DNA of 64,000 bases from an uncultured Pirellulales bacterium (GTDB lineage Bacteria > Planctomycetota > Phycisphaerae > Sedimentisphaerales > CAYZTY01), in the NCBI GenBank assembly GCA_964444665.1, contig CAYUIE010000008.1, positions 17,163-81,162 on the forward strand. The letters are read 5' to 3'. The notes beneath the pieces are model-generated. The model searched no databases, was not told the DNA's origin, and saw nothing but the letters and a program-made list of their open reading frames with translations. Positions 19,744 to 27,920 of this stretch are shown piece after piece; positions within the stretch are counted from its first letter, which is position 1, and each line of letters starts with the position of its first letter. Position numbers and translations under genes: made by a program.

Positions 19744-19772
19744 TTGACCTTTGGCATAAATCCAGGTAAAAT
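19744..19772 (+). promoter_or_regulatory. Candidate sigma70-type promoter for the giant beta-helix protein gene
   Basis: TTGACC (19744-19749), 17-nt spacer, TAAAAT (19767-19772), about 70 nt upstream of the ATG at 19841. Confidence 0.45.
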
Positions 19773-19840
19773 GTCTTAGGATACTCTCCGAAAATCCTCC
19801 GGTCAGGTACGCTTGGGAGGTTTCTAAAGGGTGATTAATT

Positions 19841-22800
19841 ATGACTCGAACGGCTTTAGTAGCATTAATTGTGCTATTTGTGGCTTCAAGTGCGCTTACT
19901 GCACCCCTTGTGCGGTACGTTGACACCAGGGGAAAAGACGCAAGCGGGTATGGTTTATTTCCTGGAATATATGCCTTTAAGACCATTCAGTATGCAATCA
20001 ACCAAGTTGATGCCAATGACCCAAACTACGGGCAAGGCGTTACAATTTGGGTCGCCGACGGCATCTACGACAATAACCCAGCAAATAATGGGCATAATCG
20101 CAATATAAGCTTCCTCGGCCTTACACTTACTCTTCAAAGTGAAAACGGGCCTTTCAACTGTATCATCGACGCCAACGGCACACCATCAGACCCGGCCCAA
20201 GGCTTTATTTTTCAAAATGGTGAAGACGAAGAGGCAACCGTTAAGGGCTTCACCATAAAAAACGGATATACCGATACTGATGGCGGCGGAATGAGCTTCG
20301 ATGGTGCTTCGCCAACGATTATTAACTGTGTAATAGTTAATAACTATGCCTACTGGGGGGGCGGCGGGATAGCCTGCTTCAACAGCGGCGAACCGCAACT
20401 CATAAACTGCCTGATTGCTAACAACGTAAGTGACGACTATGCCGGAGGGATACTCTGTTTCGACTCCTCACCGACAATGGAACTATGTACTATTATAGGA
20501 AATATAGCATTATCTGAGGGCGGTGGCGTATACTGTGATAACGCAACGCCTGATATTCTCAACTGCATCCTGTGGGATAACTATATTGTGATAGGCACGT
20601 TTTTTATGCAAGATGACTTGGCAGGCGGTGATGCTGAGGCCACTTATTCATGTGTTGGTGTAGGTGATACAGGCGATGGCGGTATAAGTACTGACCCGCA
20701 ATTTATCACAGGACCCTTTGGCCCCTACTATCTGGATCAGCGACAAAGCCCCTGTGTAGACCACATACCCGTTCCCGAAGATAGAAAAAACATCAGAGCA
20801 TACGACGAATTTGAGCTGGGTAATGTAACCACAGGAGTCTGCAATGAAACCGACCGGCATGAGATAGATATGGGATTCCATTATCCCTTCAATTATGGTC
20901 CGGTCCTCTCTCATCAACTGATTATTAACGTCATTGGAAACGGGCATGTCCATGTCAACCCCGGAAATTGCGGAGACCCCAACTACACGGTATATATCAC
21001 TGATACCCACGTCCATAATGGCTGTTGTGAAATACAGCTAACCGCATTCCCCGACCCCAACCATCGTGTTTGGAAGTGGGTGGGTACAGATGACGATACG
21101 ACTCATAATTTAATCAACACAATTACACTCACCAGTGATACTACGGTGGACGTTTATTTTGAGCCGGACGAACCACACACGTACTTTGTCCCTTCAGATT
21201 ATCCGGGCAGTCTGCATCCGATTCAGGACGCCATTAACAATGCAAGGGATGGAGACATAATTACTCTTGCGCCGGATATTTACCGCGAGCAGGGAATTTA
21301 CCTCGAGAAAGCTATCACAATTAAAAGTGAAGCTCCCAGCGACCCGGCCATTGTGGCAAGTACTATTATCGCGCAGCCGGTCGGTGAAGAGGTTGGTCAC
21401 ACGAGGGGGATTACTATATATAACGTGGGTCACGATACTATCTTAGAAGGCCTGACGTTCTCAGGTTATACGTACAAAGTTGCGTCAATTTACCAGGAGG
21501 ATATGGAACCAGGTGAGAACGGTTACGATGGACCCCCCGGATATGGTGGTGGTATATATTTGGTGTTCGCCTCTCCGACCATCCGGTATTGCGTAATCAA
21601 GGATTGCGTTATTGAAGGAGCAAATGGGAACAATGGTGAAGGTGGTGACGAAAGTGTAACGAAAGGCGGGGACGGAGGCAATCCGGGTGAAATCCACGGC
21701 AGTGGAGTATATATGCGTTGGTTTTGCAGTCCGACCTTTGAAAACTGTACAATCAAGAACTGTACTGTTAGGGGTGGAAACGGGGGAAATGGAGGCGATG
21801 GCAATGGCTCCGACCCGTTTGGCGATGGAGGTATCGGCGGCGGATGGAATACGACAGATGCAGGATATGCCCAAGGAGCTGCTGCATATATTGGACTGTA
21901 CTGCTCGCCTACATTTAAGAGCTGCAAATTCAGCGACAATCTCGCCGAAGGCGGAACAACCGGCATCTCAGGATTCAGTGAACCCGTACACCGTAGACCC
22001 GAACCGGCAATGAATTATACTATGGACAAGTTCGGCGGAGCGGTTTTCTGTGCTACTGATTCTATATCCACGTTTATTAACTGTACCTTCAGCGATAATG
22101 TGGCCGACCCGTTCAGCGTGGAGGACAATGTTCAGCTTGATGTAAGTTATGGCGGTGCGGTATGTGTCTCAAACGGCGCAACAGCCATATTCGAAAAGTG
22201 CAGCTTCACTGGAAATGAGGCTACTTCCGGAGGGGCGGTATTCTGCATCTATTCGAATCCGACATTTATCAATTGTAATATGAAAAATAATTCGGCCTTT
22301 CAGGGCGGAGCCTTGTTCGCCGTGCATAGCAATGCTAATCTTCTGGGATGCAATATTGAAGATAACGAGGCACCGGGAGTTAGCGTAGAACAAGGGGAGG
22401 CTTTATCCGGACTTGGCGGCGGGATACTCTACCAGGCGACACCGACCTTGATTAATGACTGTACTATTATTAATAATTTTGCCGGTTTCTCCGGCGGCGG
22501 AGTTTACCTGACGGGAATAGAACATGCACCCACACCTATAGAGCTCAATAATTGCCTGATATTCGGAAATTCAGCCGGTCACAATGGCGGCGGCGTCTCG
22601 TGCAGCTGGGATTCCGAGGTGCAGATTAGAAACTGCACGATATATAACAACGACGCCATCAGCAGCGATTCCAATAACTATTCTTACGGCGGCGGGCTGG
22701 CCTGCGCATACAGAACTAATACTACCGTAACTGACAGCATCATCTGGGGAAATACCTGCCTCGACCCGAATGGTCTGGGCAAACAATTCTCGTTGGGTAG

Positions 22801-24280
22801 CGGCTTTAGTGATCCCTGCGGCCTGAGGGTTGAAGCATCCCTTAGCGTCTATTACAGCGATGTACAGGGCGGACAGGCAGCAGGAAAAATTGACTGGCCG
22901 ATTTGCGGCCCAACGCTGACCTGGGCCAACAATCTGCCTGGAACGGCACAAGACAGTCCCCTGTTTGTAAGCGGCTATTACCTAAGTCAAACCGCCTCAG
23001 GACAAGGCACTAACAGCCCATGTGTCAATAGAGGCTCCAGCCTCGATGCGGCAGCAAGTTTACCTCTTGGCAGATTCAGGTACACCACACGTACCGATAA
23101 AGTATATGATACCGACAAAATCGATTTGGGTTATCATTACAGAAGGCCGGGTACTTTCTCTCTTGGCGATATTACGCTCGACAGTGCGGTGGACTGGGCT
23201 GACTTTGTCGCTTTGGCCCGATACTGGCAACGTACTGATTGTAACTGGCCCGGTTACTGTGAAGGCTCTGATATTAATAAGAACAACCATGTCGGCTTCA
23301 CCGACCTTGTCTATATAGTAAACCTCTGGCTGGCCGGTGATACCGTTGCCCCAACTCCAAATCCAATGGAATGGTCGAGTGCACCCGCTTCAGCAAGCGA
23401 TACCTCGGTTATTATGACTGCCGCTGCCGCCGTTGACAACTCCGGAGAGCCGGTACAATACTTCTTTGATTGCAGAGAAGGCGGCTGCCACAACAGCAGT
23501 TGGCAGTGGTCTCGAACATATTTAGATACCGGCCTCGCAGCGGGACAGGTATATGCCTATAGCGTTAAAGCCAGGGACATATCTAATATTGAAACTGCAC
23601 CGTCACCTATTGCCTACGTCATACCAGGTGTTGACACAATGCCACCACAACCCAACCCGAGTATCTGGGCGAAGCCACCTTATGCGTCATCAGCTACCTC
23701 AGTTGAAATGATAGCTTGGATCGCAGAAGACCCCAGTGGTGTAGAGTACTATTTCGACTGCACTGCAGGAGGGGGACACGACAGCGGTTGGCAGGATAGC
23801 GCGGTATACGAAGACGCGGGGCTCGTACTGGACCAGACTTACACATACGTGGTCAAGACCCGCGATAAGTCAATGTTCCAGAATATGGGCACGCCTTCAG
23901 AGCCAAATTCTGCCACTACCGAAGAGAATCCACCCGGTGCAGACCATGACCCTCCGGTGCCGAATCCAACTTTTTGGAAAACTGTGCCGTTTAGATACTT
24001 AGACCAGTGCGGTCCTGGTCCAATCGATGCCTGCGAACAGATGAGTGTTGTTCCGGCCACGGATGAGAATGGAGTCGAATACATCTTTATATGCGAGGAA
24101 GATGCCGGATTGAGCAGCAACTGGCAGACTGAAGCGTTCCACCAAGTCATTTTCGAATACAGATTTGTCAAGCATACCTGGAAGGTCAAAGCACGGGATA
24201 TGTCACCGAACCTCAACGAAGGCGGCTGGTCGGTCCGCATCAGGGTCAATCAGCCCGGCAGCGGGTTTGTAGTTGATTGA
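19841..24280 (+). CDS. Giant secreted surface protein: right-handed parallel beta-helix (PbH1-like) repeats + dockerin-like module + three tandem ~100-aa C-terminal modules
   Basis: Signal peptide ALIVLFVASSALTA. Recurrent G-G-G/A-hydrophobic beta-helix rungs (NCxIxxNxAxxGGGI-like). EF-hand-like pair GDITLDSAVDWADF / SDINKNNHVGFTDL. Triple C-terminal repeat. Confidence 0.7.
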   Translation: MTRTALVALIVLFVASSALTAPLVRYVDTRGKDASGYGLFPGIYAFKTIQYAINQVDANDPNYGQGVTIWVADGIYDNNPANNGHNRNISFLGLTLTLQSENGPFNCIIDANGTPSDPAQGFIFQNGEDEEATVKGFTIKNGYTDTDGGGMSFDGASPTIINCVIVNNYAYWGGGGIACFNSGEPQLINCLIANNVSDDYAGGILCFDSSPTMELCTIIGNIALSEGGGVYCDNATPDILNCILWDNYIVIGTFFMQDDLAGGDAEATYSCVGVGDTGDGGISTDPQFITGPFGPYYLDQRQSPCVDHIPVPEDRKNIRAYDEFELGNVTTGVCNETDRHEIDMGFHYPFNYGPVLSHQLIINVIGNGHVHVNPGNCGDPNYTVYITDTHVHNGCCEIQLTAFPDPNHRVWKWVGTDDDTTHNLINTITLTSDTTVDVYFEPDEPHTYFVPSDYPGSLHPIQDAINNARDGDIITLAPDIYREQGIYLEKAITIKSEAPSDPAIVASTIIAQPVGEEVGHTRGITIYNVGHDTILEGLTFSGYTYKVASIYQEDMEPGENGYDGPPGYGGGIYLVFASPTIRYCVIKDCVIEGANGNNGEGGDESVTKGGDGGNPGEIHGSGVYMRWFCSPTFENCTIKNCTVRGGNGGNGGDGNGSDPFGDGGIGGGWNTTDAGYAQGAAAYIGLYCSPTFKSCKFSDNLAEGGTTGISGFSEPVHRRPEPAMNYTMDKFGGAVFCATDSISTFINCTFSDNVADPFSVEDNVQLDVSYGGAVCVSNGATAIFEKCSFTGNEATSGGAVFCIYSNPTFINCNMKNNSAFQGGALFAVHSNANLLGCNIEDNEAPGVSVEQGEALSGLGGGILYQATPTLINDCTIINNFAGFSGGGVYLTGIEHAPTPIELNNCLIFGNSAGHNGGGVSCSWDSEVQIRNCTIYNNDAISSDSNNYSYGGGLACAYRTNTTVTDSIIWGNTCLDPNGLGKQFSLGSGFSDPCGLRVEASLSVYYSDVQGGQAAGKIDWPICGPTLTWANNLPGTAQDSPLFVSGYYLSQTASGQGTNSPCVNRGSSLDAAASLPLGRFRYTTRTDKVYDTDKIDLGYHYRRPGTFSLGDITLDSAVDWADFVALARYWQRTDCNWPGYCEGSDINKNNHVGFTDLVYIVNLWLAGDTVAPTPNPMEWSSAPASASDTSVIMTAAAAVDNSGEPVQYFFDCREGGCHNSSWQWSRTYLDTGLAAGQVYAYSVKARDISNIETAPSPIAYVIPGVDTMPPQPNPSIWAKPPYASSATSVEMIAWIAEDPSGVEYYFDCTAGGGHDSGWQDSAVYEDAGLVLDQTYTYVVKTRDKSMFQNMGTPSEPNSATTEENPPGADHDPPVPNPTFWKTVPFRYLDQCGPGPIDACEQMSVVPATDENGVEYIFICEEDAGLSSNWQTEAFHQVIFEYRFVKHTWKVKARDMSPNLNEGGWSVRIRVNQPGSGFVVD
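23339..24277 (+). repeat. Three tandem protein-level repeats (~97-113 aa each) at the C-terminus of the giant protein
   Basis: Units start at about 23339, 23630 and 23939. Shared pattern D-x-x-P-P-x-P-N-P-x-W ... (D/E)-x-(S/N)-G-(E/V)-(P/E)-(V/Y)-x-(Y/F)-(F/I)-F-x-C ... W-Q ... VK(A/T)RD. Confidence 0.7.
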
Positions 24281-24351
24281 TTTGGGTTACAAGGATGGTG
24301 AGGCAGCGTCGAGAAATTGAGTCGAAAGACAACTAAGTCTTGTCGTGGGGA

Positions 24352-26226
24352 TTAGTCTTCTTCGTACCAACCAGACTTGAGAAGATGTTGACGAGCCAAA
24401 ATCTGAAGGTCGTTAGAATCGATAGTCCCATCCATAGTTATGTCACCAAGTAAATAACCATCCTGTGACCAAACCGGTTTTGAAAAACTGTTCATCAGAA
24501 TTGTCAGGTCAATGTTGTTGACTATCCCGTCGGCATTAAGGTCGTACCACAGAATACCCTTTTCCTGCTCTGCTTCGCTGAGCTTCCAGGCAAAAGCGTA
24601 TCGTTCAATCCCATTGTCCTGATTTTGCTGATGCGTATCGCTGAAAGAAATGACAAGATCATAATTTGTGTAATTAGCATCAATAAGGCAGTGAATATGC
24701 TCAACATTATCAACGAGACTATCACTGTAATCAAGCAGACGTGTGTTATTTACGTCTTTCACATCAAGGCCCCACAACTCCAGTCGCAAATTACTGTTCT
24801 TCTCGGGCAGGGGCTCGAAGGGATAAATCCTGGAATAATGCTTGTTCCAGAAGAGAGTAGCAGTAATGAATTTATCCTGTGGCTCCGAAAGTCTAACTCT
24901 GTAAGTGCGTCGAGCTGCCTTGTTGCCGATATTCAGTAAGTTGTTGTCCCATCCTTCAGGACCGACATTTCCAGGACCGAGCGGCCCGGCTACGAGAGTT
25001 TCGTAGGCACCGACAGCATTTAACAGGCCGGCGCCCTGACTGTAATCCAGCGGTGCTATATGGTCATCGTCTTTGCTCGGCAGCCCCTTATGCCAGAAAG
25101 GCAGCTTTTTTGCCGAACTCATTAAGATGGCCTTAAGGACACAATTGCCCCCCTCAGTAGATATGGCCGGGGCCAGATTGGAGTCATTTTTTGCCTTCTG
25201 CACCAGCAAGGCAAGCGTACCGGCAGTAACAGGGGCCGAAAAACTCGACCAGCTACCTGTTTCCTGATAAAAGCAAGGGATGTTAAAGTCCGCCGCCAGG
25301 CAGTTACCCGGCACGACTATGTCAGGTTTACATCGACCATCCGCCGTGGGTCCACTGCTGGAGTGCTCCGCGTGCGGCAGCGAAAAGTTCGCTAACTTCT
25401 TTTCCAGAACCTCACTGTCAACCGAGTCAACTACTCCCACGCCGAGCACATTTGCACCGGCAGCGGGGAACAAAACGGGGTCATAAACGTTAGAGCCGTT
25501 GCCGATGCCAGCTATGACCATAAGTCCCTGATGCTCAGCCAGCGATTCGATGCCCCTGGTCCACCAATCTTCAAATTGGCTTCCGATGCTCATTGTCATC
25601 AGGTCGCTTTTGTCGAGGTTGGCAAAAAACACGTTCCTGGTTACAAAGTACCAGAACTCATAAACGTCAAGTGTGGCTTTCGGCGCGGCTCCCTGATAGT
25701 TAAACCTGCCTACCAATGGGTGCAGGCCATTTGGGTCCTCGCCAATTAATACTGCCCCTACCGCCGTTGAGTGAGCCGAAGCAGTACCCGGCAATAGGCC
25801 GGAATCGTGAAAACTAACCGTCTTGCCCCTAAAGCAGTCGTGCTCCATACTGAATTGATAGTCATTTTGGGGCCTTCCCTCAATATAGCTCATACTTCGG
25901 GAGACTACCGCGATGTTTACTCCTGAGCCGGTCAGCTCAGGATGAAGCTTCCTTAAAGCGTAGGTCCCGGCATAATTTAGAGCCTGCGGCTGCAAAGTTA
26001 CTTGTGTACTATCAATACCAAAAGCCGGTATGGCGCAGAGGCAAAAAACCACAAAGAGACCAATGACACCTAATTGATGCGTTTTATTGTCTCTTACCGG
26101 GGCAACTTTGCCATATGTAAAGGGCGATAGTAGTGCCGAATACACGAATTTACTGCCTTCACAAATCCAGTTTCCTGTTACAAAAACCATTATATCACAA
26201 GCAGACGGAGTTTTCAAGTGAATCAA
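24352..26226 (-). CDS. Subtilisin-like (S8) serine protease homologue with C-terminal dockerin module
   Basis: His-box-like SAHSTAVGAVLIG and Ser-box-like SWSSFSAPVTAGTLALL. C-terminal EF-hand pair DLNADGIVNNIDL / GDITMDGTIDSNDL. True start is probably downstream of 26226 (signal-like LGVIGLFVVFCLCAIPAFG at aa ~52-70). Confidence 0.7.
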   Translation of the reverse strand: MIHLKTPSACDIMVFVTGNWICEGSKFVYSALLSPFTYGKVAPVRDNKTHQLGVIGLFVVFCLCAIPAFGIDSTQVTLQPQALNYAGTYALRKLHPELTGSGVNIAVVSRSMSYIEGRPQNDYQFSMEHDCFRGKTVSFHDSGLLPGTASAHSTAVGAVLIGEDPNGLHPLVGRFNYQGAAPKATLDVYEFWYFVTRNVFFANLDKSDLMTMSIGSQFEDWWTRGIESLAEHQGLMVIAGIGNGSNVYDPVLFPAAGANVLGVGVVDSVDSEVLEKKLANFSLPHAEHSSSGPTADGRCKPDIVVPGNCLAADFNIPCFYQETGSWSSFSAPVTAGTLALLVQKAKNDSNLAPAISTEGGNCVLKAILMSSAKKLPFWHKGLPSKDDDHIAPLDYSQGAGLLNAVGAYETLVAGPLGPGNVGPEGWDNNLLNIGNKAARRTYRVRLSEPQDKFITATLFWNKHYSRIYPFEPLPEKNSNLRLELWGLDVKDVNNTRLLDYSDSLVDNVEHIHCLIDANYTNYDLVISFSDTHQQNQDNGIERYAFAWKLSEAEQEKGILWYDLNADGIVNNIDLTILMNSFSKPVWSQDGYLLGDITMDGTIDSNDLQILARQHLLKSGWYEED

Positions 26227-26304
26227 CCGTGAAAATCCCCCAACACCCTACCTCGGTTCACGTTCGATTCACTCTGAAAATCTTGCAGCCAATACCGAGA
26301 CATC

Positions 26305-26333
26305 TTGCCCTGTCTCCTTATGGCTGTTATACT
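26305..26333 (+). promoter_or_regulatory. Candidate promoter of the pyr operon
   Basis: TTGCCC (26305-26310), 17-nt spacer, TATACT (26328-26333), 45 nt upstream of the pyrR ATG. Confidence 0.4.
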
Positions 26334-26377
26334 CCTACCGATAATTCGGACAATTTTAGGTTAGGGTTTGCATCAAT

Positions 26378-26914
26378 ATGAAAGTTATCCTTAATGCAGA
26401 GCAGATATCAGCACTTATCAGAAAAATGGCCGATTCCATTGCTTCCGAGGCTGCTGCCGGTGTTGATATTGCAGTGATAGGTATTCGCAGGAGGGGTGAG
26501 GTCCTGGCACAAAGACTTTCTCAGGAATTATCGGAACTTCTCGGCCATAATATTTGCTGCGGCGCCCTCGACATCACACTGTATCGAGACGACCTTAATT
26601 CCCACCAGGGACCTGAGCAACCAGAGGTCAGGACTACCGAAATAGGTTTCAGCATAGATGAAAAAAACATCATTTTAGTAGATGATGTCGTCTACACCGG
26701 TCGCTCAACAAGAGCTGCAATGGACGCTCTTATAGATCTTGGCAGACCCAAGGTAATGAAACTGGCTGTTCTTGTCGACAGGCCCGGCCGAGAGCTGCCC
26801 ATACAGCCCGACTATGTCGGGTACAGGGCTGAGGTCTCTCCGGGCAAATTGGTCCAGGTAAATCTGGTTGAATCGGACGGAAAAGACGAAGTCGTGGTCG
26901 AACAAACCAAATAA
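26378..26914 (+). CDS. pyrR: Bifunctional pyr operon regulator / uracil phosphoribosyltransferase PyrR
   Basis: IAVIGIRRRGEVLAQRL and PRTase motif IILVDDVVYTGRSTRAAMDAL. 178 aa. Confidence 0.9.
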   Translation: MKVILNAEQISALIRKMADSIASEAAAGVDIAVIGIRRRGEVLAQRLSQELSELLGHNICCGALDITLYRDDLNSHQGPEQPEVRTTEIGFSIDEKNIILVDDVVYTGRSTRAAMDALIDLGRPKVMKLAVLVDRPGRELPIQPDYVGYRAEVSPGKLVQVNLVESDGKDEVVVEQTK

Positions 26915-26915
26915 A

Positions 26916-27872
26916 ATGGCAAAAACAGGGCAAAAAAAAATTACTTGGCGGCATAAACATCTGCTCGGACTGCGTCAGTTAAGCAGGAATGAGATTGAAT
27001 ATATTCTCAAAACCGCCAAAGGATTCGAACAGATAAGCACTCGCTCGATAAAAAAAGCACCGCCTCTCCGGGGAAAAGTTGTAGTCAACCTGTTTTTTGA
27101 AGACAGCACTCGTACACGAAACAGTTTTACTCTTGCGGCACAAAGATTGAGCGCCGACGTCGTCGAGTTTACCAAAACAGCAAGTTCAGTAAGCAAGGGA
27201 GAAACTTTTCTGGACACTGCGAGGAATCTTGAGGCGATGGGAATTGATATTGTCGTGATTCGTCATAGCGCCGGCGGTGCACCGAGCCTGTTAAGCAAAA
27301 ACATCAATGCCTGCGTAATAAATGCCGGCGACGGCTACAACGAACACCCCACCCAGGGACTTTTAGATGCCTATACGATTCATAAACTCAAAGGCTCTCT
27401 GGACGGTCTTAAAATTGCGATTGTCGGCGACATAGCACATTCACGTGTTGCGCGCAGTGATATGTGGGCGATGACGAAACTCGGCGGCGAAGTTATATTC
27501 GTCGGGCCACCGACACTTATGCCGGCACAAGTTGAACAGTTGCCGGTCAAGGTCAGCTATCGCCTGGACGAAATTATTGATAAGGTTGATGTCATCAATA
27601 TGCTTCGGATTCAGTTCGAACGACTCGGCGGTAATCCGTTTCCCTCGGTACGGGAATATTCGCACTACTTCGGCCTGACGGTAGAGCGTATGAAAAGGGC
27701 AAAACCAGATATTCTGGTTATGCACCCCGGACCGATTAACAGGGGCCTGGAGATAGAAAGTGAAGTAGCCGACGGTTCAAACAGCGCTATCCTGAAGCAG
27801 GTAAAGAACGGCTTAGCTGTGAGAATGGCGGTATTATTTTTGGTTAATCAGGCGGCCGCGAAAGTAACATAA
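26916..27872 (+). CDS. pyrB: Aspartate carbamoyltransferase catalytic subunit
   Basis: FFEDSTRTRNSF, EHPTQGLLD, HPGPINRG. Start placed at MAKTGQ (26916), directly after the pyrR stop, instead of the overlapping 26868 ATG. Confidence 0.9.
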   Translation: MAKTGQKKITWRHKHLLGLRQLSRNEIEYILKTAKGFEQISTRSIKKAPPLRGKVVVNLFFEDSTRTRNSFTLAAQRLSADVVEFTKTASSVSKGETFLDTARNLEAMGIDIVVIRHSAGGAPSLLSKNINACVINAGDGYNEHPTQGLLDAYTIHKLKGSLDGLKIAIVGDIAHSRVARSDMWAMTKLGGEVIFVGPPTLMPAQVEQLPVKVSYRLDEIIDKVDVINMLRIQFERLGGNPFPSVREYSHYFGLTVERMKRAKPDILVMHPGPINRGLEIESEVADGSNSAILKQVKNGLAVRMAVLFLVNQAAAKVT

Positions 27873-27920
27873 AGCGTAAAATTAAAAGCGCAAAACCCCA
27901 AGTTTTGAAGGGCAGGGCAA

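Noticed and set aside
21523-21966. Pro-rich 147-aa minus-strand ORF and other antisense ORFs within 19.8-24.3 kb
   Set aside because: They are the reverse reading of Gly-rich (GGN) codons of the giant beta-helix protein. The plus frame is continuous for 1479 codons, with a signal peptide.
26868-26915. Longer pyrB start at 26868 overlapping the end of pyrR
   Set aside because: The extension (MNRTEKTKSWSNKPNK) is not part of conserved ATCase N-termini. The ATG at 26916 directly follows the pyrR stop and gives a typical length.
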